Source: a candidate division FCPU426 bacterium (GTDB taxonomy: Bacteria > Oederibacteriota > Muellerivitia > Muellerivitales > Muellerivitaceae). Taken from it: a stretch of DNA of 64,000 bases. Positions within the stretch are counted from its first letter, which is position 1. Each line of letters begins with the position of its first letter. The translations under genes and the position numbers were made by a program. Below, in pieces: positions 9,914 through 24,467 of this stretch. The stretch is from the NCBI GenBank assembly GCA_963771075.1, contig CAVYSE010000005.1, positions 1-64,000 of the forward strand. The letters run 5' to 3'. Below the pieces are notes generated by a model that did no database searches, was not told where the DNA came from, and saw nothing but the letters and a program-made list of their open reading frames with translations.

Positions 9914-9962
9914 CGCGAACCAAAACCTGGGGCGGCGGACCGCCCCGAACGGAAAAAGAGAA

Positions 9963-11175
9963 ATGAACCAAGTGGAAAAGGCGATCGAGGATATCCGGCA
10001 GGGCCGGATGGTGATCGTGGTGGATGACGAGCACCGCGAGAACGAGGGCGACCTGGTCATGGCCGCCGAGAAAGTGACCCCCGAGGCGATTAATTTCATG
10101 GTCCGGGAGGGCCGGGGACTGGTTTGCGTTCCCATGATGTCCGAGGACCTGGACCGGCTGGGCCTCCCCCTGATGGTCAACCAGCAGGAAGACCATTTCC
10201 GCACTGCCTTTACGGTCTCCGTGGACGCGCGCAAGGGGGTGACCACCGGCATCTCGGCCCAGGACCGGGCCAAGACCATCCAGGTCATGGCCCATCCCGT
10301 TTCCCAGCCCCGGGACCTGGCCAAACCCGGGCATGTCTTTCCCCTTCAATACCGGCTCGGGAGGGGTGCTGCGCCGCGCCGGGCATACGGAAGCCGTGGT
10401 GGATCTGGCCCGCCTGGCGGGCTTGCGGCCCATGGGGGTCATCTGCGAGATCATGAAGGACGACGGAAGCATGGCCCGCATGGATGATTTGAAAACCTTC
10501 AGCGAAAAACACGGGATGAACCTGATCACCATCGCGGACCTGATCCAATACCGCCGGGAAAAGGAAAAACTCGTGAAGCGGGTCCTGGAGCTGATGCTCC
10601 CCACCGAGTCCGGCGAGTGGAAGGTGATCGTGTACAAGGCCTCGACGGAGGATGACGACAGCCTGGCCTGGGTCAAGGGGGACCTGGCCGGCGGACCGGT
10701 GCTGGTGCGGGTCCACTCCGAATGCCTGACCGGGGACGTGTTCCATTCCCTCCGGTGCGATTGCGGGGCCCAACTCCACGCGGCCATGAACCGGATCGAC
10801 CAGGAGGGCCGGGGCGTCGTCCTATATATGAGGCAGGAGGGCCGGGGCATCGGTCTGCTCAATAAATTGAGGGCCTACCAACTGCAGGACCAGGGGTTGG
10901 ACACGGTCGAGGCGAACGAAAAGCTGGGCTTTCCCGCGGATTTGAGGGATTACGGGATAGGGGCCCAGATCCTGGTGGACCTGGGCGTGCGGGAAATCCG
11001 CCTCCTGACCAATAACCCGAAAAAAATCGTCGGGTTGGAAGGTTATGGATTAAAGGTGGTGGAGAGGGTGCCGATTGAAATCGATCCCAACCCAGTAAAT
11101 AAGAGGTATTTGGAGACGAAAAGGGAAAAAATGGGCCATTTGTTCTCGAAAAAAAAACAGGCAAAGAAAGATTGA
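9963..11175 (+). CDS. ribBA: Bifunctional DHBP synthase / GTP cyclohydrolase II (one +1 frameshift near 10355)
   Basis: '[11 protein letters not shown]', then a shift into '[12 protein letters not shown]', '[16 protein letters not shown]', 'QEGRGIGL'. Confidence 0.93.
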
Positions 11176-11184
11176 GGCATTAGA

Positions 11185-11655
11185 ATGGCGCCCGCTATGA
11201 TTCAAGGAAAACCCGAGGGGCGCGGCAAACGAATCGCGGTGGTGGTCAGCCGCTTCAACGACCTGATCGGCCGCAGGCTTTTGACGGGCGCGCTGGACAC
11301 GTTCAAGGAACGGGGCGTACCGGAGGAAAATATCGAGACCGCTTGGGTTCCCGGGGCCTGGGAGCTGGGCGTGGTGTGCGCCAAACTGGCCCGGACGGGA
11401 CGTTTCAACGGGGTGGTCGCCTTGGGCGCCATCATCCGGGGGGAAACGACCCACCACGAGGTTTTGGGGCGTCAAATCGCCGAGGACCTGGGGGCCTTGT
11501 CCCGGGAGACGGGGTTGCCGATCGCTTTCGGGGTCCTCACCACCGAAAATCTGGACCAGGCTTTGGCCCGGGCCGGGGAACAAAAGGATAACAAGGGGGC
11601 CGAGGCGGCCCTTCACCTGTTGGAGACCATGTCGGTGCTGGACCAAATTCGATAA
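11185..11655 (+). CDS. ribH: 6,7-dimethyl-8-ribityllumazine synthase
   Basis: 'VVSRFN', 'VPGAWE', 'IRGETTH', 'FGVLT', 'NKGAEAA'. Confidence 0.95.
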   Translation: MAPAMIQGKPEGRGKRIAVVVSRFNDLIGRRLLTGALDTFKERGVPEENIETAWVPGAWELGVVCAKLARTGRFNGVVALGAIIRGETTHHEVLGRQIAEDLGALSRETGLPIAFGVLTTENLDQALARAGEQKDNKGAEAALHLLETMSVLDQIR

Positions 11656-11739
11656 AGGCGGCTCACGGTTCCCAGTTGGCAGTTGGCGGCTTTCGTTGAA
11701 CCGCCCACCGCGAACGGGGGATAGCGAACTGAGGGTAAT

Positions 11740-12156
11740 ATGGGACTCAAACGCCGGACCCGGGAACTGGCCCTTCAAATGCTTTTCCAGATGGACCTGG
11801 GAACGGTCCAACTGAAAGATTTGGAAGAAAACTTCCTTCCCAACGCCAGCGCTCCCGAGGCGGCCAAGGAAATGTCCCTGGAACTGGTGAAAAACATCTG
11901 GGATCGGGTGTCGGAGATCGATTCCAACCTGCGGAAATTCACCCAACACTGGGATTTGAGCCGCATGGCGGGCGTGGACCGCAACGTCTTGAGGCTGGCG
12001 GCCTACGAGATTTTGTTTGACGCCGAAATCCCGAAATCCGTGGCCATCAACGAGGCGCTGGAAATCGTGAAGCGGTACAGTACCGAGGAGTCCAGCCGTT
12101 TCGTCAACGGCATCCTGGACAAACTGGACAAAAAAGAGGCAGGGGCCGGAACGTAA
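11740..12156 (+). CDS. nusB: Transcription antitermination factor
   Basis: 'RRTRELALQMLF', 'DRNVLRLA', 'INEALE', 'FVNGILD'. Confidence 0.95.
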   Translation: MGLKRRTRELALQMLFQMDLGTVQLKDLEENFLPNASAPEAAKEMSLELVKNIWDRVSEIDSNLRKFTQHWDLSRMAGVDRNVLRLAAYEILFDAEIPKSVAINEALEIVKRYSTEESSRFVNGILDKLDKKEAGAGT

Positions 12157-12248
12157 GTCCGGGCATGGGCCCGGGAAAGACCATCCCAAAAGGATGAGGG
12201 GAGACTGAATGACGATGAATCGGTTTAATTTGGAATCGGAAATATAAA

Positions 12249-12599
12249 ATGGAAATGGATTTTTCACCCGAGATCAAGGCGTTCCTCGACGAGGTGGTGG
12301 ATTCCTTCGCGATGTGGGATCTCCTGATCTTTTTCTCGAAAAAGTCGGAAGAGATGGAAACCCCGGACCGAATGGCCAAGATGTTGGGCCGTCAAACCCC
12401 TGAGCTGGAAAAACCCCTGGATAAACTGGAAAAAATGGGGCTCCTCACCCGGGTCAAACGGCTGGATGGGGAAACCGCCTGCCAATTGAACCGGGGCGGG
12501 GCCCTGTTTCCCAGCCTTGAGAAGTTTTGGTCTTTTAATGAAAGCCAGGAAAACCGGCTGAGAATCCTCAGCTACCTTCTGCGAAATAGGGCCCATTAA
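12249..12599 (+). CDS. Hypothetical winged-helix-like protein
   Basis: Coding-like ORF; HTH-like 'TPDRMAKMLGRQTPELEKPLDKLEKMGLL'. Confidence 0.55.
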   Translation: MEMDFSPEIKAFLDEVVDSFAMWDLLIFFSKKSEEMETPDRMAKMLGRQTPELEKPLDKLEKMGLLTRVKRLDGETACQLNRGGALFPSLEKFWSFNESQENRLRILSYLLRNRAH

Positions 12600-12685
12600 G
12601 GGGCTTGTCGGCCCATAACTCCATGGGTTTCCCCCTCCCGCCATGTTAAAATAACCCTCGTTTCCACCTCTCCGAATGGGGCCTC

Positions 12686-13419
12686 ATGCGATACGGCATT
12701 TTTTCCGACATCCACAGCAACCTGGAAGCCATGACCGAAGTGGCGAAGGCCATGAAGGCCGAAGGCGCGGGCGAGTACCTTTGCCTGGGGGATTTGGTGG
12801 GCTATTACGCCAACCCGAACGAGGTGGTGGAATTGATCGATGTCCCTCCGGTGTTGGAAGACTGGTCATGGGCAACCATGACTCGGCGGTGATAGGGCAA
12901 ACGGACCTCTCGAAATTCAACCCGCCCGCCGCGGAGGCGGTCCGATGGACCCAAAAGAGGCTGAAGCCCGGGAATATGCAATTGCTTCAAAACCTGCGGT
13001 TAAGGGAGGAAATCGGCGAGATCCAGTTGGTCCACTCGTCCCCTTTCCAAAGCGAGGAGTGGCATTACCTCAGCCAGCCGGATGATATCGAGCGGAATTT
13101 CCGGTACTTCCAGGGCGCGGTTTGTTTTTTCGGCCATGTCCATAAGCCCTTCATCGCCGAGCAATCCAAGGGGGGCGAGGTCAGGATGGTACCGGGCCAG
13201 GAGGTATCCCTTCAACCCGACTGCCGCTACCTGGTCAACGTGGGAAGCGTGGGCCAGCCGCGCGACGGCGATCCCCGGACCTGCTATGTTATCTACGATT
13301 CCCAAAGCCGCCAGCTTTCCATCCGGCGTATTCCCTATGATTTTGAGGCGACCTACCAGAAAACCATCGCGGGGGGGTTGCCGGAGTACCTGGCCCAGCG
13401 TTTGAGGTCGGGAAAGTAA
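12686..13419 (+). CDS. Calcineurin-like metallophosphoesterase (frameshift near 12850)
   Basis: 'SDIHSN', 'LGDLVGY' in one frame; 'GNHD', 'GHVHKP', 'NVGSVGQPRDGDPR' in another. Confidence 0.88.
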
Positions 13420-13464
13420 CAGCCTACCCGTTTTACGGAATCCTATTTCTTGAAGGAGATTGGC

Positions 13465-16514
<3,050 letters not shown>

Positions 16515-16558
16515 CCGTAACTGTTCAGATCAGGCAGACCCACGGCCAACACGAAGCC

Positions 16559-16592
16559 ACCCCATATGATTCACCCGTGAATCATATGGGGT
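16559..16592. repeat. Perfect 16-bp-stem palindrome (REP-like hairpin)
   Basis: ACCCCATATGATTCAC-CC-GTGAATCATATGGGGT. Confidence 0.8.
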
Positions 16593-16715
16593 AGTACCGC
16601 CATCGTTAAACCAATCAAATGGAGGGGCGGCACACAAAGAAAGACAAAAAAGCCTGGATTTCAGATTTTTTAAAACGACATCATTTTTTTCCGTATTTTC
16701 TTCCTTCCTGTCTTT

Positions 16716-16790
16716 GTCCCCCTTTGCTCCAAAGGAGCGAATGAAAAGGGACGATACCAACCTCTTTATTCCTTGCTACAAAGTTATTCA
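16716..16790 (-). repeat. Two-hairpin element, copy E (first hairpin degenerate)
   Basis: Minus strand AATAAAGAGGTTGGTATCGTCCCTTTTCATTCGCTCCTTTGGAGCAAAGGGGGAC closely resembles the copy at 50118. Confidence 0.65.
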
Positions 16791-16921
16791 CCGGTTTTTC
16801 CCATTGTGCCGTATTAACCACCCTTAACCACGTTCGTAACATGCCCGAAACCTGCGCCGTGGATATTCCTCCCGCTTGTATGTTCCGCATCATCATTCGA
16901 AACTTACGGGGAGGCTGAAAC

Positions 16922-18415
16922 GTGGAAATGTTCGGGCAAACGCTATCGCTGGGGCATGTGGTCTTTCTTCTGTTGGCGCTGGGCTTGGCATTGTCGTTTG
17001 AGTTCGTGAACGGGTTCCATGACACAGCGAACGCGGTCGCGACCGTCATTTACACCCACACCTTGAAACCCTGGATCGCGGTCATTTGGTCCGGATTGTG
17101 GAACCTGACCGGGGTCTTAACCTCCACGGGGATGGTGGCCTTCGGGGTGATCGCGCTCCTTCCCGTGGAATTGGTGATCCACGTGGGTTCCGCCCCGGGT
17201 TTCGCCATGGTGTTTTCCCTTCTCATTTCCGCCATCATCTGGAACGTGGGGACCTGGTACTTCGGCCTGCCCGCCTCCAGCTCGCATACCCTCATCGGAT
17301 CCATCATGGGAGTTGGCCTGGCCAACGCCATGATGAGCCCCGGCCATGTCTTCGGCGAGGGCGTCAACTGGGATAAGGCCAAGGATGTCGGCATGGCCCT
17401 TTTGGTTTCGCCGATTGTGGGCTTCGTGTGCTCAGCCCTGGTGCTCCTCCTCCTGAAGGCCCTGGTCAAGCGCAAGGACCTCTACGAGGCCCCCAAAAAA
17501 GACACGGCGCCCCCCCTGTGGATCCGCGCCCTCCTGGTTTTGACCTGCACGGGTGTCAGCTTCGCCCATGGTTCCAACGACGGACAAAAGGGAATGGGGC
17601 TCATCATGCTCATCCTCATCGGGGTTGTGCCCGCCACCTTCGCGTTGGATTTGAGCACCAACCAGCAGGCCCTGCAGGACCTTTCGGCCACCGCCCAGAC
17701 CATATCCTTCCAGATGGACAAGCACTCCCCCGGCGCGGCCATGGCCGCCGGGCCCATCGCGGACCAGTACATTTCCGACTATTTAAAGGTTGGCGGGAAA
17801 ACTAGTTCGGACACTTTCGCTGCCATCGGCACCAAGTGCCGTGAGATTTCCTCGAAGTTGGAAGGACATAAAAGCCTTAGCGAGTTAAGCGAACAACAGC
17901 GCCGCGATTTGCGTAACGACCTTTACTTGGTCTCGGAAGCCCTTGGAAAAGCCAATAAGCAGAATCTTTTCACGGACCCAGGCGAGAAAAAATCGGCGGG
18001 GGACATCAAGAAGCACATGGATAAGCTGACCAAGTTCATCCCCGTTTGGGTGAAGGTGGCGGTGGCCTTGGCCCTCGGCCTGGGCACCATGATCGGCTGG
18101 AAGCGCATCGTGGTGACGGTGGGCGAGAAGATCGGAAAGTCCCACCTGACCTACGCGCAGGGAGCCTCGGCGGAGCTCGTGGCCTTCGCCACCATCGAGG
18201 CGGCGGATATGTTCGGCCTCCCCGTTAGTACGACGCACGTTCTTTCTTCCGGTATCGCGGGCACCATGGCGGCCAACCGTTCGGGTCTCCAGATGGAAAC
18301 CCTCAGGAATATAGCGCTGGCCTGGGTTTTGACCCTGCCGGTTTGTATGTTACTGGGCGGGGGCATCTTCGCCTTTTTGTTAGATGTGGTTTTCAACCTG
18401 GTGGGTATCAAATAG
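16922..18415 (+). CDS. pitA: PiT-family inorganic phosphate transporter
   Basis: 'NGFHDTANAVAT', 'PASSSH', 'HGSNDGQKGMG', 'PVSTTH'. Confidence 0.92.
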   Translation: MEMFGQTLSLGHVVFLLLALGLALSFEFVNGFHDTANAVATVIYTHTLKPWIAVIWSGLWNLTGVLTSTGMVAFGVIALLPVELVIHVGSAPGFAMVFSLLISAIIWNVGTWYFGLPASSSHTLIGSIMGVGLANAMMSPGHVFGEGVNWDKAKDVGMALLVSPIVGFVCSALVLLLLKALVKRKDLYEAPKKDTAPPLWIRALLVLTCTGVSFAHGSNDGQKGMGLIMLILIGVVPATFALDLSTNQQALQDLSATAQTISFQMDKHSPGAAMAAGPIADQYISDYLKVGGKTSSDTFAAIGTKCREISSKLEGHKSLSELSEQQRRDLRNDLYLVSEALGKANKQNLFTDPGEKKSAGDIKKHMDKLTKFIPVWVKVAVALALGLGTMIGWKRIVVTVGEKIGKSHLTYAQGASAELVAFATIEAADMFGLPVSTTHVLSSGIAGTMAANRSGLQMETLRNIALAWVLTLPVCMLLGGGIFAFLLDVVFNLVGIK

Positions 18416-18457
18416 GAAAAGGGGAGCCGGGCGGAACCGCGTATAAAATGAACATTG

Positions 18458-18495
18458 ATAAAAAAGGGTGGCGCAAAGGTGCCGCCCTTTTTTAT
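18458..18495. terminator. Bidirectional intrinsic terminator
   Basis: ATAAAAAAGGGTGGCGC-AAAG-GTGCCGCCCTTTTTTAT. Confidence 0.75.
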
Positions 18496-18521
18496 TACTC
18501 CAAGGATAGGAATTACCTAAT

Positions 18522-18887
18522 ATGGCCCGTCCCCTGAAATCACGAAAAAGGTCTTCCTCCCCAACTGCTCTAGGGTCGAATGGAAGCCTGAAAACGAGAT
18601 TGAACAACTTTATTTCCAACCTTGAACACTTGCCCTATGCGGCGACCCTGCTTCAAGAGAAAAAATTTGCGCGACGGGTGATGGGCGTGGGTGTGGTCAT
18701 TATGGCGGTGGGGGCGGCGATCTTTTCGGTGGGCTGGAAGCTGAAGGCCACTGGGTGGGTGGAGACGGCCTTTGTCATCACCTTGATCGGGTGGATGATG
18801 GTCATCTTGGGGTTCGCCTTCGGGGTTGTCGGTTGGGCCGCGAAGTATATTCCGATCCGCCCGGGCAAGTTCCGCCTAAAACTCTAA
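18522..18887 (+). CDS. Small two-TM membrane protein
   Basis: RBS AGGA; two hydrophobic segments. Confidence 0.55.
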   Translation: MARPLKSRKRSSSPTALGSNGSLKTRLNNFISNLEHLPYAATLLQEKKFARRVMGVGVVIMAVGAAIFSVGWKLKATGWVETAFVITLIGWMMVILGFAFGVVGWAAKYIPIRPGKFRLKL

Positions 18888-18946
18888 TTTCCTCTTGCCT
18901 CGGGCTTATAATCGGGAAAAATCCAACATGAGGTGGGAAAGATTTC

Positions 18947-19873
18947 TTGACCGGTATTCCCGAAAGTGAAACCAAGCAACGGACGATCCTGAAGACCGGG
19001 TGGTTCCGCCTCTGCCTCGTCTTGATGGTGGCCGCTTTTCCCGCCCTTCTTCTTTTGGGCGCCGGGCTTTTGCAGGCTTTTTTTTACCTGCCCTACCTCC
19101 CCGAGCTTAATTCGAACCGTTCCGTCATGAACCGCCTCCATTTGTCCCAATGGGTGCCCTTGGATCGAATTTCGCCCTTGGCGGCGGAAGCGGTGGTGGT
19201 CAGCGAGGACGACGATTTTTTCCAAAACCAGGGCATCAATTGGAACTCCATCCGAAAGGCCTTCCAAACGGACCTGAGGGCCCGTCGGTTCAAGAGAGGG
19301 GGAAGCACACTGACCCAGCAGGTGGTGAAAAACCTGTTCCTGACCAAGCGCAAAACCTTTTCACGGAAGATCGCCGAGATGGTCCTGGCTTCCCAGGTTC
19401 CGCGTTTCGCGTCTAAAAACAGGGTTCTGGAGATCTATCTCAATTGCGCCCAGTGGGGAGGGAGGGTGTACGGAATTTCCGAGGCATCCCGCCTTTATTT
19501 CAAAAAAAGTCCGGCCCAGCTCGGGGCCAAGGAGGGTGCTTTCCTGGCCATGATGCTTCCCAACCCGATTCGTTATGGGAAATCATTCGAAAATGGCGAA
19601 CTCACTCCCTACGCGAAAAGCGAGATCCAACGGCTTTTGGACCGGATACACGAGGAGGGCTTCTTGTCCGATGGGCAATACGCATGGGAATCGGCCCGGC
19701 CTTTGGCATTCGAGAAAAAAGCCTTGGAATGGGACGCCACCTCCGCCTTGGAAACCCCGTTCGATAGGTTCCCGCCATCCACCCATACAGCGTCCCTCCA
19801 GGGGAAGTTAAACCCGGCTCCTAAACCTGAACCGATCGAACCTGTTGTAAAACCCGCTCCGAAAACCCCTTGA
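18947..19873 (+). CDS. mtgA: Monofunctional peptidoglycan transglycosylase (GT51)
   Basis: 'SEDDDFF', 'GGSTLTQQVVKNLFL', 'RKIAE', 'LEIYLN'; no transpeptidase domain. Confidence 0.85.
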   Translation: MTGIPESETKQRTILKTGWFRLCLVLMVAAFPALLLLGAGLLQAFFYLPYLPELNSNRSVMNRLHLSQWVPLDRISPLAAEAVVVSEDDDFFQNQGINWNSIRKAFQTDLRARRFKRGGSTLTQQVVKNLFLTKRKTFSRKIAEMVLASQVPRFASKNRVLEIYLNCAQWGGRVYGISEASRLYFKKSPAQLGAKEGAFLAMMLPNPIRYGKSFENGELTPYAKSEIQRLLDRIHEEGFLSDGQYAWESARPLAFEKKALEWDATSALETPFDRFPPSTHTASLQGKLNPAPKPEPIEPVVKPAPKTP

Positions 19874-19901
19874 CCCTGGAGTATACTCCAGACCTTATAG
19901 T
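19870..19901 (+). promoter_or_regulatory. MerR-type promoter/operator
   Basis: -35 TTGACC, 20-bp spacer containing the perfect dyad CTGGAGTATACTCCAG (19876-19891), -10 TATAGT. Confidence 0.88.
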
Positions 19902-19918
19902 CATCAAGGGAGTGAAAC

Positions 19919-20293
19919 ATGGATCGAGTCCAATTAAGCCTGCAAATCGGGGAACTGTCGAAGGCGAGTGGTACGCCCATCGACACTATCCGATATTACG
20001 AAAAGGTGGGTTTAATTAAAAAACCATTCCGAAGCGGGGGTGGATTCAGGCTCTACACCGGGGAAACGGTGGACCAATTGAAATTCGTCAAGAAGGCCCA
20101 GGACTTCGGCCTCACTTTGAGGGAGATCAAGCAAATCATGGTTTGCGGGGATAAGGGGTTGGAGCCCTGCTGCGACCTGACCATCAACCTTTTCACCAAA
20201 AAGATAAAGGAGTTCGAGGAGAAGGTTAAGGAGCTTAACCGCATGAAAAGAAAGCTCAAGACGGTCTTAAGCGGGTGGGTGGAAAAAAGTTAA
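19919..20293 (+). CDS. MerR-family transcriptional regulator
   Basis: 'IGELSKASGTPIDTIRYYEKVGLI..R..GGFRLY'; Cys76, Cys84, Cys85. Confidence 0.93.
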   Translation: MDRVQLSLQIGELSKASGTPIDTIRYYEKVGLIKKPFRSGGGFRLYTGETVDQLKFVKKAQDFGLTLREIKQIMVCGDKGLEPCCDLTINLFTKKIKEFEEKVKELNRMKRKLKTVLSGWVEKS

Positions 20294-20304
20294 GGAGAGA
20301 CAGC

Positions 20305-20745
20305 ATGGCCCAAAAAGTTTTGATCCTATGCACCAAGAATTCCTGCCGGTCGCAGATGGCGGAGGGGGTTCTGAAACATTACGGTGGGGATAAGTTCATT
20401 GTGGAAAGCGCGGGGTTGGAACCGACCCATGTCAATAAGAACGCCATCAAGGTCATGAAGGAGATCGGCATCGACATCTCGAAGCAACACTCAAAGAATG
20501 TCGTTGATTTTCTCGGGGAGTATTTCGGCTTCATCATCACGGTTTGTTCCGACGCGGACCAAAGATGCCCTATCTTCCCGGGTGTATCCAGGAGGCTCTA
20601 CTGGCCTTTCAATGATCCTCCTCAGACCGAGGAAGAAACTCCCGAGATATTGGCCGAATTCCGCAAGGTGCGGGATGAGATCGTGGTGAAATTCAAGGAA
20701 GTCGCCGAGAAGGGTTTCCCCGCCATTGCCGAGTCTAAGGGATAA
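20305..20745 (+). CDS. arsC: Arsenate reductase, LMW-PTP fold
   Basis: 'CTKNSCRSQMAE', 'ITVCSDADQRCP'. Confidence 0.88.
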   Translation: MAQKVLILCTKNSCRSQMAEGVLKHYGGDKFIVESAGLEPTHVNKNAIKVMKEIGIDISKQHSKNVVDFLGEYFGFIITVCSDADQRCPIFPGVSRRLYWPFNDPPQTEEETPEILAEFRKVRDEIVVKFKEVAEKGFPAIAESKG

Positions 20746-20767
20746 TAAATTCGTGGAGGAGTTCGTG

Positions 20768-21616
20768 ATGGAAAACAAAACCGCTGATAACGAAAAGATC
20801 AAGACCGCCGTAAGGGAAAGATACGCCAAGATCGCTGAATCGTCCCAGCCCACTTCCTGCTGCGGGATGGAGGAATCCAAGACAGCCTCCACCTGTTGCG
20901 GTGGAGGAGAAGCCAAAGGCGGTTTTTCCTACAGCTTCATTGGGGAGGATTACCAAAAGCTTCCCGGCTACCAGCCCGAGGCGGACTTGGGGTTGGGATG
21001 CGGCCTTCCCACCGAGTTGGCTCAAATGAAGGAAGGCGATCATGTGTTGGACCTGGGAAGCGGAGCGGGAAATGACGCCTTCGTTGCACGACGTATCGTT
21101 GGGGACAAGGGCAGAGTGACCGGGGTAGATATGACGTCCCAGATGATCGAGAAAGCAAAGGCCAATAGCCAAAAGCTTGGATATTCCAACGTTGGGTTCG
21201 TCCTTGGAGAAATCGAATCCCTCCCCCTGCCCGAAAACAATGTGGATGTGGTCATCAGCAATTGCGTGCTCAACCTGGTACCCGATAAGGCCAGGGCATT
21301 TAAGGAAATCTTTAGGGTTCTCAAACAAGGCGGGCATTTCAACGTTTCGGACATCGTCCTGGACGGCGAACTGCCTGAAAAATTACGCGGGGAAGTTGAG
21401 CTTTATGTCGGTTGCGTTTCGGGGGCCATCCAAAAGGCCGATTATTTGGATTTGATCCAAAAGGCGGGTTTCAAGAATGTGAAAATTCAAAAAGAACGCC
21501 GGGTTGAGGTTCCAAAAGAAGTCCTACTCAAGTACATCACCCAGGCCGAATTAAGGGAAATGGAAGCCTGGGGCTCGGGCATTAACAGCGTCACGGTTTG
21601 GGGGGAAAAACCTTAA
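20768..21616 (+). CDS. arsM: Arsenite S-adenosylmethionine methyltransferase
   Basis: 'SCCG', 'LGLGCGLP', 'VLDLGSGAG', 'ISNCVLNL', 'GCVSGA'. Confidence 0.93.
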   Translation: MENKTADNEKIKTAVRERYAKIAESSQPTSCCGMEESKTASTCCGGGEAKGGFSYSFIGEDYQKLPGYQPEADLGLGCGLPTELAQMKEGDHVLDLGSGAGNDAFVARRIVGDKGRVTGVDMTSQMIEKAKANSQKLGYSNVGFVLGEIESLPLPENNVDVVISNCVLNLVPDKARAFKEIFRVLKQGGHFNVSDIVLDGELPEKLRGEVELYVGCVSGAIQKADYLDLIQKAGFKNVKIQKERRVEVPKEVLLKYITQAELREMEAWGSGINSVTVWGEKP

Positions 21617-21634
21617 TCGATAAGGGGGCAAACC

Positions 21635-22005
21635 ATGGGTGAAAATTGCAAAGCAGGGGCGGGAGATACTTTGCTATTCGGCTGTTCGGGAGCCGCCGAT
21701 GTGGGCGCTTTGGCGGACCAGGCGGTCCGGTCCCTGACCCGGCAAGGTATGGGCAAGATGTATTGCCTGGCGGGGGTGGGGGGAAAGGTTCCAGGCATGG
21801 TTGAAAAAACACGTTTCGCGGAACGAAGAGTCGTGCTGGATGGCTGTTCCATGGATTGCGGTAAGCACAGCCTTTTGGGCGCAGGAATAACCGAATTCGA
21901 CCATGTTCGCCTTTACGAGCATGGTTTTGAAAAAGGGAAGACACCAGTGAACGACGAAAATATATCGAAAGTCACCAAGCTCGTGATTTCTACTCTGGGG
22001 GGAAA

Positions 22006-22009
<4 letters not shown>
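21635..22009 (+). CDS. DGC-domain putative metal-binding protein
   Basis: 'CSGAADVG', 'MYCLAG', 'LDGCSMDC'. Confidence 0.8.
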
Positions 22010-23067
<1,058 letters not shown>

Positions 23068-23068
23068 T

Positions 23069-23470
23069 ATGAACAAAATATTGTTCCTGTGCGTCGCCAA
23101 TTCGGCCCGAAGCCAAATGGCCGAAGGCTTGGCGAAGGCTTATTTCGGGGACAAGGCCCTCATCCAAAGCGCCGGGTCCAAACCCTCCAAGGTGAACCCA
23201 TTCGCCATCCAGGCACTCGCGGAATTAAATATCGACATTTCAAAGAACCGTTCGAAGTCGGTGGATGAGATCGACCCTTCCACCGTGGACACGGTCATCA
23301 CCCTTTGCGCGGAGGAAGAGTGCCCGGTATTCTTGGGAAAGGCGGAAAGGCTCCATTGGGGCCTGCCCGACCCGGGTGTGGGGCAAACAACGGACGATGG
23401 AAAATTGCAAAGTTTCAGGGAAATCCGGGATAAAATAAACGCGAAAATAAGGGAGGCGTTTCCGCTTTAG
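23069..23470 (+). CDS. arsC: Second LMW-PTP-fold arsenate reductase
   Basis: '[12 protein letters not shown]', '[10 protein letters not shown]', 'HWGLPDP'. Confidence 0.88.
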   Translation: MNKILFLCVANSARSQMAEGLAKAYFGDKALIQSAGSKPSKVNPFAIQALAELNIDISKNRSKSVDEIDPSTVDTVITLCAEEECPVFLGKAERLHWGLPDPGVGQTTDDGKLQSFREIRDKINAKIREAFPL

Positions 23471-23484
23471 AACGGGAGGTTCAG

Positions 23485-23916
23485 ATGCGAAAGACCGAGA
23501 CGGCCTTATCTTTGTTTGAAAAGGGGTTTAATTGCTCCCAGAGCGTTTTATGCGCTTTCGGGATGGAGTCGGGTCTCGATCAAGAAACCTGCCTTCGGTT
23601 CGCGGGAAGCTTCGGGGGCGGCATGGCCCGCCGTGCGGAAACCTGCGGGGCGGTCACGGGCGCCCTGATGGTCCTCGGGCTTCGCTACGGCATGGTGAAC
23701 GAAGGGGATTTCCAGGCCCGGAAAATAAATTATGAAGAGGCTGGTAAATTCATGGACGCCTTTAAACAACTCAACGGTTCCATCCTTTGCCGGGACCTGT
23801 TGGGATTCGATTTAAGCACCCCGGAAGGGTCGCGGAGGGTGGCGGATAAAAAATTGACCTCAACCCTTTGCCCCCGGTTCGTCCAAAGCGCTGTTGAATT
23901 ATTGGAAAAGAGGTGA
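23485..23916 (+). CDS. C-GCAxxG-C-C family putative redox protein
   Basis: 'FNCSQSV', 'FGGGM', 'TCGAVTG', 'ILCRDL', 'LCPRFV'. Confidence 0.88.
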   Translation: MRKTETALSLFEKGFNCSQSVLCAFGMESGLDQETCLRFAGSFGGGMARRAETCGAVTGALMVLGLRYGMVNEGDFQARKINYEEAGKFMDAFKQLNGSILCRDLLGFDLSTPEGSRRVADKKLTSTLCPRFVQSAVELLEKR

Positions 23917-23917
23917 G

Positions 23918-24307
23918 ATGGCCCCGCCCAAGGCCCTGAATGTGATTTTAACGCTCGTCCACGCCCTGGCGGGGTGGGCGGTCTGCGGCGCCATCATCGG
24001 AATCGGCCGGTCCCTGACCACAGTCGAAATTACCCTTTGGATCCACGCGATCTTGGTACCGGTCGTCTTTGGGCTGATATCCACCCTTTATTTCTATCAA
24101 TTCAACTTCACCCGCCCCCTGGCGACGGCCTTTATTTTCCTGGCGGTGGTCATGTTCATGGATTTCTTCGTGGTGGCGCCTTTTATTGAAAAAAGTTTCA
24201 GGATGTTCGGGAGCTTTTTGGGAACCTGGCTCCCTTTTTCGCTGATTTTTTTATCGACCTATACCACGGGAAAAATCATAGCGAGTCAAAAATCCAAAGG
24301 ACGTTGA
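23918..24307 (+). CDS. Four-TM membrane hypothetical protein
   Basis: RBS GAGG; four hydrophobic segments; directly follows the ars genes. Confidence 0.65.
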   Translation: MAPPKALNVILTLVHALAGWAVCGAIIGIGRSLTTVEITLWIHAILVPVVFGLISTLYFYQFNFTRPLATAFIFLAVVMFMDFFVVAPFIEKSFRMFGSFLGTWLPFSLIFLSTYTTGKIIASQKSKGR

Positions 24308-24467
24308 GGAAAGCAGCCGTCAAAAACGTGTAAGCCACTCCCACATGCGTTTGGAGTCGCAATCCCCAAGCCTTATCGCCTTGAACCACCTAATTAAAGA
24401 CCCTATACTTATGCCCCTTGAGCCCCAAAAAGGGCTTATTTTCCCCCAATCCCCATAATGAGGACCC

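Noticed and set aside
9963..11175. Separate ribB and ribA genes
   Set aside because: The break falls inside the DHBP synthase domain; removing one base restores a canonical RibBA.
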